A stretch of 63,918 nucleotides of DNA, filler included, from Streblomastix strix (taxonomy: Eukaryota), in NCBI GenBank assembly GCA_008636045.1. It is 4 parts of 4 records of this genome, joined end to end, with 100 filler letters (N's around TTAATTAATTAA, not from the genome) between each part and the next. Parts side by side here need not be neighbours in the genome. Positions count along the whole stretch, not along the records: positions 16,011 to 31,918 come from SNRW01000908.1; positions 32,019 to 47,918 come from SNRW01000909.1; 2 more parts are not named here. One strand, written 5' to 3'. This document shows, one piece after another, positions 28,344-39,737 of the stretch. The position numbers and the translations under genes are program-made. The stretch's first letter is position 1; every line of letters begins with the position of its first letter. The notes beneath the pieces are model-generated. The model worked only from the letters and a program-made list of their open reading frames with translations, made no database searches and was not told where the DNA came from.

Positions 28344-31150
28344 GATGATGATGATGAAGGGAGAATATTGAAAGTAATTTGATTTTCTATCTTCTCTGAT
28401 TATTTATTTATTCTGTTTCCCAATTAATCCAGACTTTATTTATGTTAATTAGGAGAAATAATTCCTTTATTTGATGAATGAGTTTGATGCTGATGTGAAT
28501 GTTTGAGAAGTGGAGATTATAAACTTGTATAATTTAATCTTCCATTTTTCTCTTCATTATTCTTCATTAACTTTTTCTCCATTTATTTTAGCATGACCTC
28601 AAGTGTGTATTAAGCTGCTCTTTCCAACTCAGATTCAGATTGAGTTGGACGATAAGCGAGATGCCTGAAACCTTATCCACATGTATCAATTAATGATGGT
28701 TGAGGGAATGATTATTATATTGAAGGTAATATTATTTATGATTTGTTTGAATTTAATTTAGATTATTGATCTTTATATTCTTATGATTTGGATTATTTAG
28801 TTTGTGACAAAGGTTAAGATGAAAAATTCTATGATTTTTGTGTTAAACGCGATAAAGAAGAAGATTTCGTTCTTGTTTAATATTCCTTCTTCTTTTCTTT
28901 CTATTCATTATCAACTTTATTATTAGTTAAATCAATAACTTCGATTTCAGAATCAATTTCTATTACTTCTTTAGTTTCTGTTTATACCTCATTTATTTAT
29001 TGTTTGTCTGGTGATTTAATATTTCATCTTTATTTTTGAGTTGATTTTATTTTATTTTATTTTTCTTTAGATTTTTATACAGAATGATTTCCCTTATTAT
29101 CTTTATTCTTTTCTATTTTTTTAATTAATTTTCCTTCTTTATGATCTTCATTTAAATTCTTACTCTCAATTATTTAAGGTCTTTTTTTATTAAATTAAGG
29201 TGAACTTGGTCTCTATGTAAATATACTCAATGCAAGTTAAGTAGAAGCTTCATATGATGATTGAGATTAGGAGATAAGTGAAATCAAGTTTGATTGATTG
29301 TGAAATGGAGATTATGATGAAGTGGGTATAAATTAGTCTGAGTTAATATTTTGGTTATGAAATGAATTCTATGGATTTAGAAACAATTAATGAGATGGAA
29401 TAAAAAGAGAGAAAGAAATTGATCCACTAATTGGAATAATAAGAGCATATGCTGGAATGTTAGTTGGAAAAGGTGGATAAAACATTTGATTGTTCAGAGA
29501 ATTGTTAATTATGTTTGTATATGTTATACAAAGCATTATAAACATCTCACTGCAATTTGTTTCTTATTTTCTACAATTTCCTAAACTTGCTGGTTTTTCA
29601 TTATTTTCTTTATTACGTAATTAATACTCATTAATATCTTCCATTTCTTTTGTTATTTCATCTTCAAATCGTGCAAAATACCCACAAACTTAAATATCCT
29701 TTGTTTCTTATGAATTGAAATCATTCTACTACATGAATGAAGCGAAAAAGAATTATAATGGATTCTCTTTGGTACAAATGTGCGGATAGCTAATAAACAT
29801 TGAAATTAATAATTAAATGTATTATTATTATTATTAATAAACAAAATTTATAACTATCAAACCCAGCTTGTGTCAACAAACTCCATTTTGGGGGTGATAG
29901 AGCCAATGTTGCTGTGAGTTACTGAGGGAGTAATTATCCAACAACTGCTATTCTATTGTATCTAAGAAGTGAAATGAAGCCAGAATTTGTATCGCATTTC
30001 AGTTTTGTGTGATTATTTGATAAAGCTGGATATGGAATATATGCTTTAGATGAGAATGGAAGACAAAGATCATATTCGTATGCAATATGTTTTTATCTCG
30101 TATTGTCAGTGTATTAATTATTATAATTCTATTTCTCTTCATTCATTGTAATTTATTGAGACTTGTAAGTATTTTCTTATTCTAAATGTCTCTATTCTTA
30201 ATCAAATTATGTATCAATATTAAATTGTGTCTAATTTCTTAATTATTTATCAAATTATCCACAATTTATGGGAAATACAGAAAATCCTCTCCATACAACA
30301 CCTGAACAAGTTATACTGCCTCTTTCATCAATCTTATCTCCACAATGAAATGAAAATATGGGTTATGAAACTAAAGTTATCAACGAAATGGCTTATTCTG
30401 TTGTACTTAGAGTAATATTTTCATCTTTATCTTTTCTTTTAGAACGTTTAAGATTTTTTGTTTGTTTACTTTCATTTTCTGAGTAAATAGATGTTTAACT
30501 CATCTATAAACAATCTTTAATTCTTTTTGAATGAGGAAATGAAAGATATGTATAGCTATCAAATTCTATATTACAACAATCATTCTCAATACATTTCATA
30601 GAATCTTACTAGAAAATATAATAATAATATAAAGTCAGTATATTGATTAAAATTGGATAATCATACATTAATTCATTAGTAATCACGTACATAAAAGCAA
30701 TCCAAAAGTTAGACCCACTAAAATATAGATCTCTCGGCTTGAGGTGAAGGTTTTTCATTAAGTGGTGATAATATTGTTATTCGTGTGTTATGGGTGTATT
30801 TTATCCTTGACATTGTTCCAAAAAGTCTTGCACATATATCTTAGAACTGTAATGATTAAGGTGGTGGAATAGCTGTTTAAATAAAAAATAAATTTAATAA
30901 AAGAATCTACAATAAACAATAATACCTTATGTTGCAATCCAAATTACATCAACAAGGCTCGAAGAAGGTATAGTTTCGAAGAATGACAAGGCTTCTTAAG
31001 AAGAAAATTCAGATAGATCCGCTGAGAATGTTTGAGAAAAAAGAACAATGGGCTTGTTATGAACTCGGCAGTGTATTATTGCAGATGGCAATGTTTACTG
31101 TTACGATCGCAAGAAAGTGATAATATGAATGTAATGGTTTCGCCCCTCCA
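17552..31150 (-). CDS. Very large low-complexity (Q/S/N/E/K-rich) protein with a C-terminal MTBP/Sld7-like domain; one in-frame TGA at 29024-29026
   Basis: Starts MEGRNHYIHII, few introns, very long exons. The C-terminus DHL|xTLSRACVFELKKVMNSRDPNFDECYNRLYKVARQFVLDMRT resembles, from memory, the MTBP C-terminal domain (H..L......LKK......F..C..RL......D..T). The frame was not verified along the whole length. Confidence 0.5.
28284..28358 (-). repeat. (GAT)n microsatellite encoding poly-Ser on the minus strand
   Basis: About 25 near-perfect GAT units within the large gene. Confidence 0.85.
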
Positions 31151-31918
31151 TTTTCTGCTAATAAAATAATTAATATAATCAAAATATTTGAGTACAATAA
31201 TAATATTCTTTTGATGGTAAAATGAATGATTTTGTATAAAATTGTTTCTCGGGTTTATGGAGAATTAAAAATAATAATAAATAAAAATTTTGTAAGAGTG
31301 CGTATATTATTGTTTGATAGGACATTTGAATAATAAATTAAAATTTGTGTACGGAAATAAGAGTTAGTGAAAGAAAATGAAACTCGATTGTGATTTTCTT
31401 GTCATTTGTAATGCAATTATGCATATTAAATGAAAAATAAACTAAATATTTTACATACATATTATTTTTGTAATAAATAAACTTTTAATAATCAGAGTGT
31501 TGAGAAGTGAACAAGTTCCGAATAACGAACTATTTTGATTAAGAATAATCTTTATTTTATTTTATTTTATAATAATAATTATTATTAAAGTATTTTACAA
31601 ATTATTGTTATTCGAACATGGAGAAATAAAGGAGCTAAAACTTGCAGACCGCGCAGCTCACTCGTTGATTCTTTATATAGGTTATGATATATGAATTGTT
31701 ATTATCTTTTATTCTTTTAGTCAAAATTTCGATATTTTATTATTATATAATCAGTGTTAACATAATTATTCAAAATCGAAAAACAATTTTCATATTTCGA
31801 ATGCGATAGACTTATTTATTCATTTTTATTTCCATTTTTAATAATAAATATTTATTATTTTAATTTATTTTCTATGAAATGTATTGAGAATGATTGTTGT
31901 AATATAGAATTTGATAGC

Positions 31919-32018
31919 NNNNNNNNNNNNNNNNNNNNNNNNNNNNNNNNNNNNNNNNNNNNTTAATTAATTAANNNNNNNNNNNNNNNNNNNNNNNNNN
32001 NNNNNNNNNNNNNNNNNN
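31919..32018. other. Artificial contig linker
   Basis: N/TTAATTAATTAA/N block. Confidence 0.97.
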
Positions 32019-32590
32019 TTTTTCATTAACTAATTGTTCAGAGTTAACTAATTTGTCTAATTTCATCATGATAGGTAATCTGTCCGATCAAGTTTTCATT
32101 AATGAAATTGAAATAATGGCATCGAATAATTAGTCGATGGCTGAAATACATTATTTGATGAAATTAGTGGCGATGAACAGCTTCAGAATTGATTAAAATA
32201 ATTGTTTTTAGAATCTATGACCTGCATATGACCTTAGGATGGTGTATCAAAGTAATATGAAAAAATTGATTTTTTTATAGAAATTTTGACTTATCATAAA
32301 TTTTTTTTATTATGTAGACTGAAAAATCATGGAAAAATTGAAGTTTTTTGAATGACCTGAGAATTGATATACTAGTCAATGTTGATACGCTGATCACGAA
32401 TATGATGATAAAAATGAGATTTTGGACTACTGATTCTGTCGAATTGTGCAGAACAATGTAATTGATTAATGGAGTGAATAAATGATATGAATTGTTCATA
32501 TGCTTCGAGTGCATTGAGAGCATTGGGTAACAAGCTGACAGGTTGGATTCCCACCATATCAGACATATTGCCATAAAGTTAGAATCACGG
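32019..32590 (+). repeat. Terminal/subterminal repeat of element 1 (direct copy of 39015-39570)
   Basis: tttttcattaactaattgttcagagttaactaatttgtctaatttcatcatgatagg.. is identical for about 120 bp, then progressively diverged. Confidence 0.88.
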
Positions 32591-32911
32591 ATAAACGATA
32601 TGAATTATCTATGTGTGCCAATGTGCCGACTTAGACCCCTCTAAAAAATCCATATTAGCAGAAGTGTGTCGGTCGGTCGCTCGGAATATTAATTATAGCA
32701 GTCCAATTAAGTGATTGATAAAATTTCTGTCCCATTAATATATCGATGTGCTAGCGGAGTGGATAAATGATATGAATTATCTATAAGAGACAAAAGGACG
32801 GGACGGGACAAAAATTTTTAGTCCTGAAGAATTTGTCTGCCATATACTATATGCCATAAATTAAATAAAATTATTTTTAGGAACTATTTGAACTTTTTAT
32901 TCGAAAACAAA

Positions 32912-35743
32912 ATGGCAACAGAAGAATTTCAAATGACAAATCAAACTAACAAACAAACGTGAAATGTGGGACACTTGAGAAAGGACCAAAACGTAAATAT
33001 ACTCGCAAATCAAAAACAGGTGAGAAAGCAAAACAGATGATTGAAGAAATGATTAATGGATAAACTGCTGAGCAGACAAATGAACAGACAAATGAATAAA
33101 TTATTGAACCAAGTAATAGATAAATAATTGAGAAAAAATATGACGAACGCATTCATGATCTAATTAATTCTGAATGTGATCTTGAAACAGGACTTGCAAA
33201 TTAATAATTAGCTTATAGATTAGAAAAAAATAGAGATGACAATATTTTTCTTGAAATGATACAACCGACAGCGGAATTATATATGTAAGAAAAAGATTCA
33301 AGAACAATAATTGAACGCGTTAAAGATAGTATGATTAACACAGTAAATTATACAAAAGTAGGCTAATAAGAAGGTAAAAAATAATAAATAACAGGAAGAT
33401 TTATAGATCTATCATTAATGGATGACGATAAACTATGCGTAATTGATATAGATATTCATAAGGATAAATCAATTGAAGAAATTGATAAAATTGGATAAAA
33501 TCTAATTGATTCACTTCCACCAAATGTAGGTTTAGTTAAGATTGCTCATGGAGGACTACACATTTATTGCAATAGAAATTACTACAGATTATCTTCCAAT
33601 CGTAATGGGAAAGTTACTGCTATAGATAGTTCTGATATTGATGTATTTGCATAAATAAATAAATATAAAATTGAAAATGGATTAGAGACTAAAGAATTGG
33701 TTTAGAATCGAGTAATTGCTCCAAATACATCTATTCGAGAAACTAAAAATAATTAACGAATTACACTCAAATATGAAGCAATTAATGACTGGGAAAATGC
33801 ATCTCATTTAGCGAGCTTGCGACAGATACTTGACAAATGGAATATTGATATTAAGATATCATAAAAAGATTACGCATAATAGTAACATGATAGAATATAT
33901 GGAGTATAAATCGATGATGAAGGTACAATTGAACAAATGAATGATGAACTTGCAAAAGCGTGTGTTGATGGATTGAAATCTTGATATAGATAATTTTCCT
34001 TAACCAATCAATATGGATGTATCTCTTCTAAGTATATTCTGTGGATTATTTTGAATCGCTAATGAATCAATTAGAACTGAAGGAATAGGAAATATACGTA
34101 AATTTAATATGCTAACTGCAAACGCTGATAAGAACTATGAATAACCTTCGTCTAATGGCGAACGTAAGCCTAATCCATGGATCATTACAAAAATCCAAAG
34201 GTATCATAACAAAGACTACTACGAATAGATAATTAAACCATTATTGAAAAAGAATTATGAAGCATAAAAGAAGGAAAAATAAATCATAATTAAAATGACG
34301 TTGATTCCTAATAAGATTGATCTATAAGATGGATTCATATTACTTGATATGTAAGAGAAAACAGCTAATAGAGAATACGAAAATGAAGAATAAATCGTTA
34401 TAGATTTAAAAAGATAATTAATATACTACGACGGTGAAACTTAAGATATATATGCGATTAAAGGGTATGATGCTATTTGCGACACACAAGTTTTATATCA
34501 TAAAATAGAAGGAACAGTCTACAAATAATTAGAGAAAAAAATATAAATTTCAAAAATAAGAAAACTGATGAAAAGATTGATGATAAAAAGGAATCTAAAC
34601 AATTAACTGCAAAACTTATCTTTAAGAGATATGCTTCAAAATTTGCTAAGAAAGGATGTAAATTCATTAGTGAAGATCCAAAAATTCTCACAGTATTCCA
34701 AGGATATAAGTATAAATAATTAGATACAATTGATTATGAATGTTTGCAAAAGTATCTTGATTTGATTAAAGAAGCTATTGCTGCATGTGATGAACGAATC
34801 TATGAATATATTCTTAATTGGATTGCATGAATGATACAAAATCCTGGGAAAAAGTCTAGCGTTGCAATAGTATTATAAAGTAGATAAGGTATAGTTAAAA
34901 TAGATACACTGATGTAATCGCTGAACTAACAAGCAGATATAGCTGTCAATATATAACTAACATGGATGAATTCACAGGAAGATTCAATTCAGTAGTTGAA
35001 AATAAAATTTTTGCAGTACTAAATGAAATGATGAATTATAATGATTGAAAGAAAGGTGTTGCAACAGTAATGAAATCAATTATTTCTGATCTAACTATAA
35101 GAATTAATGAAAAGAATTAACTAAGAAGAACTGTAAAGAATGTAATGAATATAATCTATATAACAAACGCTGATATGCTTGTATAATTGGACTCTGATGA
35201 CAGACGTCATTTAGTATGTGCTTGTAAAATTATTCATTAAGTAATTGAAGAACATAAAGAAGATGCTGATTATTTTAATGAATTAAGCTAAAGTTACACA
35301 TAATAGTTTTATGAAAATTTAATGATATTCTTTCTTGAAAGAAATATTTCATAGTTCAATCCAACATTAATTCCAATGACTGAAGCTAAAAAATAATTGA
35401 TAAATGTTGACCGGGAACCAGTAGATGATGTAATTATGGAACATTATGAGCAATTCAAATATGGAATTCCAATAGCTTTTGTAACTTAATGCAAACCATA
35501 GAATAGGTAATTATAAACATATAAGAATACAATGGTTCACAAATTTGAAGAATAAAGAATATAAATTTTAATGGAATAAGAACTAGAATATATGTATTAA
35601 ATAAGGATTAATAATCGTATTATGATAAAATGATGAATGAAGAAGATTCTGAAACGTCTAAAGTAAACTATTAGAAATGTAAGAAAACAATTGAAGATGA
35701 TGAACTCATTGAATAGGTAGTATAGGAGGCAAAAGATGAATGA
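32912..35743 (+). pseudogene. Prim-Pol (AEP primase-polymerase) fused to SF3 helicase (D5/NrS-1/DUF5906-like), copy 1, disrupted
   Basis: LCVIDIDIH and LVKIAHGGLHIYCNR Prim-Pol motifs; YEYILNWIA*MIQNPGKK, degenerate Walker A, FTGRFNSVVENKIFAVLNEM. Frameshifts near 33980, 34900 and 35570 plus internal TGAs. Confidence 0.85.
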
Positions 35744-36403
35744 AAATGAATTTATTTTTGTTCAGACATTTATGGCAGGCTTATCGATTAATGGGACAAA
35801 ATTATCTGTCCTCATTAGTGTATGCATGCTAGCGGAGTGGGCAAATTGAATAATTATCCATATGGGACAGTTTTTGGGACGGGACAAATCCGTGGACTCC
35901 TGTGAAAAAGTGCTGCCATATTGCCATTCATGCCTTTAATGAAATCAGTGATAAAGTGAATTTGTGATAAAAATTTTTTTTGAAAATGAACGATTCTATG
36001 ATTAATGAAAATCCTAAAATATATTTACGAAAATGAATGTGGGACAAATTTAAAAGTCAATATTTGGAAAGGCTGCCATAAAAATCTCTTTATTATAAAG
36101 TATGGATGTGCAATTTAGATAGAACGTTCAATAGCTATGGAGAATTAGATTCAAAATGAATGATATGGCATTATGGCACGATGGTAGATGATATGCACTA
36201 CCTTCAGAATGCTGTCCAGTCCCGTCCCGTGTCCCACATAATCAAATAATCAATTTACATATATAATAGAAGGATATTCTATAGGATTCTAGTTCATTAA
36301 CATATCTCATAAAAAATAAAGGGACAAATCTGAAAGTCAATCTTTGAATAGCCTGCCATAAAATTTTATAATTATTATTACTATTCATTAGCGCAAAAAC
36401 AAA

Positions 36404-37609
36404 TCATATTTATTGATTATTTTGTTAGTTATATCGATCAATTATCTCACTAATTTAAAGAAAATCCTGTACGTTAGTTATGATAGTTTTCTAAAGACGT
36501 CGAATCAAAAGGAGTTATAAATCGTAAGCAGATGCACGGAATTCCTATCGCTGAATTCTATACTTTTATTGGGCATGGGATCGTTACTCTACGGCAATAC
36601 GTTCAGCTTCGCATGATTACGAACGAATCACATTCAATAATTTAATAATTAATTTACTTGAATTTTCATCTATATCTAATGAATAATATTATAATTTTGT
36701 TCGTTAATTATCGATAATAATCTCATAAAATTTATTCAAATCAATCTCATATAACTCTATTCGATAGATAGCTGCATCACCACTCATAATCTATCGTTTC
36801 TTCATTATTTCTCCAAAACTGATGCGCTTGAAAATTTCATTCACTAATTATTTTATTGATTTATTATATCTTAATGCAGTTGATAGAGGAACATATGATC
36901 CAATCAATTGGTAAATATTTTCTTGAAACAATAGTCTTCCCATTCGTCCATTTCCATCTTCGTACGGATGAATGCGTTCGTATAATAGACGACATGCAAA
37001 CATATCCATAATCTTATTTGGTATATCATACTCATAAACGAAGTCCACTAACTATTATAGTTCATTTGGATCGATATTTTCATGTTATATTCCAACAATA
37101 GCAGCATAGATTATTTTTGAATTATTCTTATCACAAACATATACGCTACAATGTCTAAATGTCTCTCTTTTGAATAGTGCTTAGTATAGTCCTTCGATCA
37201 ATGGCACTTCATTACTCTTAAAGTATTCAATTGCATCATTAATATCATTTTTTGGTAATATATCTTACTCAATACAGTTAAAATCCATAATATTCTTATA
37301 CATTAATCTATCTAAATCAATCGGAGCCAATATCTTACCTATTTAGTCAGATCCATCATCATTGAACGTTATTGTAAATTCATTAATTTTTATAGTTTAT
37401 CTTGGAATCTTTTTAATAATAAATGAAATGCTATTCGACATAGTTGTTGGAACTTCATTAATGTTCATCGCTATTGCAAACATTGGCTTGTTTCTTATTG
37501 ATACATCTGCATATAATACTTTAACGAAAGAAGATGAAAAGACCCCAATAAATTTATCATTTTATTCGTGACTATTAGACCAGTTATTTATAGTAAAAAT
37601 AAATGTCAT
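36404..37609 (-). CDS. Fic-domain protein (AMPylase family), C-terminally fused in frame to the tail of the AT-hook protein
   Basis: 401-codon open frame under table 6 with YERIHPYEDGNGRMGRLL (HPFxDGNGRxxR motif). The last ~68 codons (36404-36610) match 43093-43292. The true start may be downstream of 37609. Confidence 0.85.
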
Positions 37610-38196
37610 TGAAAAGATCAGTATCACCATCTGAAAAAATAAGTTAAAGAGGACCTATCTCCCTACGTTAATCCATACCGACAATTCCAGCCAAAGTTGA
37701 AGTAGATTCACCATTCAAAAAGGAGTAAGATAAAATGTCTGTTTAATCTGTTCGTTCAAGAAGAAGTTCATCAATATTTGAAGAAATAATAATACCTTAT
37801 CCATCAGTACGTCGATGGCTACTTGATTTAATTAGTGAAGATGAACATATGATTAAGGAATCAGCCCATTTCATATTATCAGATCATTATTTAATAAGAG
37901 TTATTATATATACATTTGATGTAGTAGAAAACTAAGTTGTACTTAATACAAAAGATGAAAGATGTTGTGGCAAATTTGTGCACGATAGCACTAGAACATT
38001 AAGAGATATCACAATTAATAATATAAATATACTTACTCTAGATATCGAGAAAGTAAATCTTCTCAGAGATTCATATAAATTATGCTTATAAAATGTTAGA
38101 AAAATAGCTAGTATTCTCGATCTAAGAGATATATCATTTAAACTAATGTCTGCAGCAAGTAAATTGTTAATGGCAGTTCTATCACAAATTCATTGA
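37603..38196 (+). CDS. Hypothetical element protein, 197 aa
   Basis: Intact ATG..TGA frame under table 6 (MSLKRSVSPSEK..PYPSVRRWLLDLI..RCCGKFV..), no introns. Confidence 0.65.
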
Positions 38197-38222
38197 AGGT
38201 TCTATATTATTTTGGTAATTAA

Positions 38223-38716
38223 ATGGCTGATACAGATTTATACTTACTAGATGCGCTTATAAAACATGATGAAACTATATTCGAAACATTAGAAATAATT
38301 CAAATGGTTTTGTTCAATAAGTCGAAAACATTAATAATCAAATCAATATGATAAATAATGCTCATGTACCTGATGTATATACTAGACCTGAAGCAAATGA
38401 AATATTTGAAACAAAATTAGATAAAACCGATACTTATACGAAAACTGAAACCGATGCTCTACTCGATGTTAAAACTGAAAAATCTGAACTAATTGATGCA
38501 TATATTAAGTCCGAAACTGATACAAAGTTGGAAGAGAAGGCTGATAATATTGAACAAATCGATGCATATACTAAAACTGAAAACGATACTATACTCGATG
38601 ATAAAGCAGAAAAAATTGAATCATTTACAAAAATTGAAACTGATACCCTATTCGATGATAAAGCTGAAAAAACTGATACTTAAACTAAAATAGAAACTTA
38701 AACTAGTAGTTAATGA
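38223..38716 (+). pseudogene. Fibre-like repeat protein (xYTKxETDxLLDxKA(D/E)K repeats), frameshifted and truncated by element 2
   Basis: DVYTRPEANEIFETKLDKTDTYTKTETDALLDVKTEK..DAYTKTENDTILDDKAEK. The repeat series stops abruptly at the AGTAGT terminus at 38705. Confidence 0.65.
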
Positions 38717-39570
38717 AAAAGACAAATGGCCCCACATTGATAAATACCGTGATTTGCCCACAGCAGAAATACCTAGTAATATTACGAATTTCTGACGTAT
38801 GAAAAATGAATTGATTATCCAGAACCGAAAATCAATGAATAAATTGATGTTAGTAAAGAAATAAGGATAAAATAATAAATTATAACATTTATGAATATCA
38901 TTAGTAATGAAAAATAATTGATATGATTTATGATATGTTTTAATAAAAAAAAATTGATCTCATTTCTGAGACCCACAAATGAACAGGATTTAGGCACTGT
39001 TTCGGGCATTGGTCTTTTTCATTAACTAATTGTTCAGAGTTAACTAATTTGTCTAATTTCATCATGATAGGTAATCTGTCCGATCAAGTTTTCATTAATG
39101 AAATTGAAATAATGGCATCGAATAATTAGTCGATGAATGAAATACATTATTTGATGAAATTAGTGGTGATGAACAGTATCAGAATCATGAATAAACAATA
39201 TTTTTGGATTCCTCATATGTGATATGACCTTAGTGAAGAATATGAATGAGATATGAAAAATTAAGTTTTTAACGGGAATTTTGAACTATCATAAATTTAT
39301 TTTATTTTTATTATATAAACTGAAAAATCATAGAAAATTTGAAGATTTTTGAATGACCTGAGAATTGATGCCTTAGTCAATGTTCATACGCTGATCTCGA
39401 ATATGAGGTTAAAAGTTAGTGAATGGACTGATGATTCGGTCGAATAAAGCAAACTAATGAAAAAGATTAATGGAGTAGATAAATGAAATGAAATGTCCAA
39501 GTGTCCTGAGTCACAAGCTGAACTCATCGGATTCCCGTCATTAGCCATAATGCCATAAATTTGAATCATG
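38705..39570 (+). repeat. Putative terminal inverted repeat arm of element 2
   Basis: 5'-AGTAGT start; non-coding; distal part shared with element 1. Internal inverted repeat 38707-38723 / 39012-39028. The partner arm is not in the window. Confidence 0.65.
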
Positions 39571-39737
39571 GAGATATCGATTGAATTACATTAAATGGAA
39601 AACAAGACAGATAAGACAAGACAAGATAGAAAAATATAAGACACCAAAAGTTGCAGGACAGATGGACAGATGGAAAGATGAATCAAAAATAAAAACTGTT
39701 TTTCTAAAACTATTTCAATATTTTATTTTTCTGGAAA

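Larger units (their letters stand above)
32019..38704. mobile_element. Polinton/Maverick-like element copy 1 (degenerate; contig begins inside its terminal repeat; interrupted by copy 2)
   Basis: 32019-32590 repeats 39015-39570 of copy 2 and is followed by the same primase-helicase gene type. Intron-free genes: Fic, hypothetical ORF and fibre-like repeat gene. Confidence 0.75.

Noticed and set aside
31870..31918. 49-bp exact inverted copy of 30555-30603
   Set aside because: Exact exon fragment at the contig end; most likely an amplification or assembly artefact.
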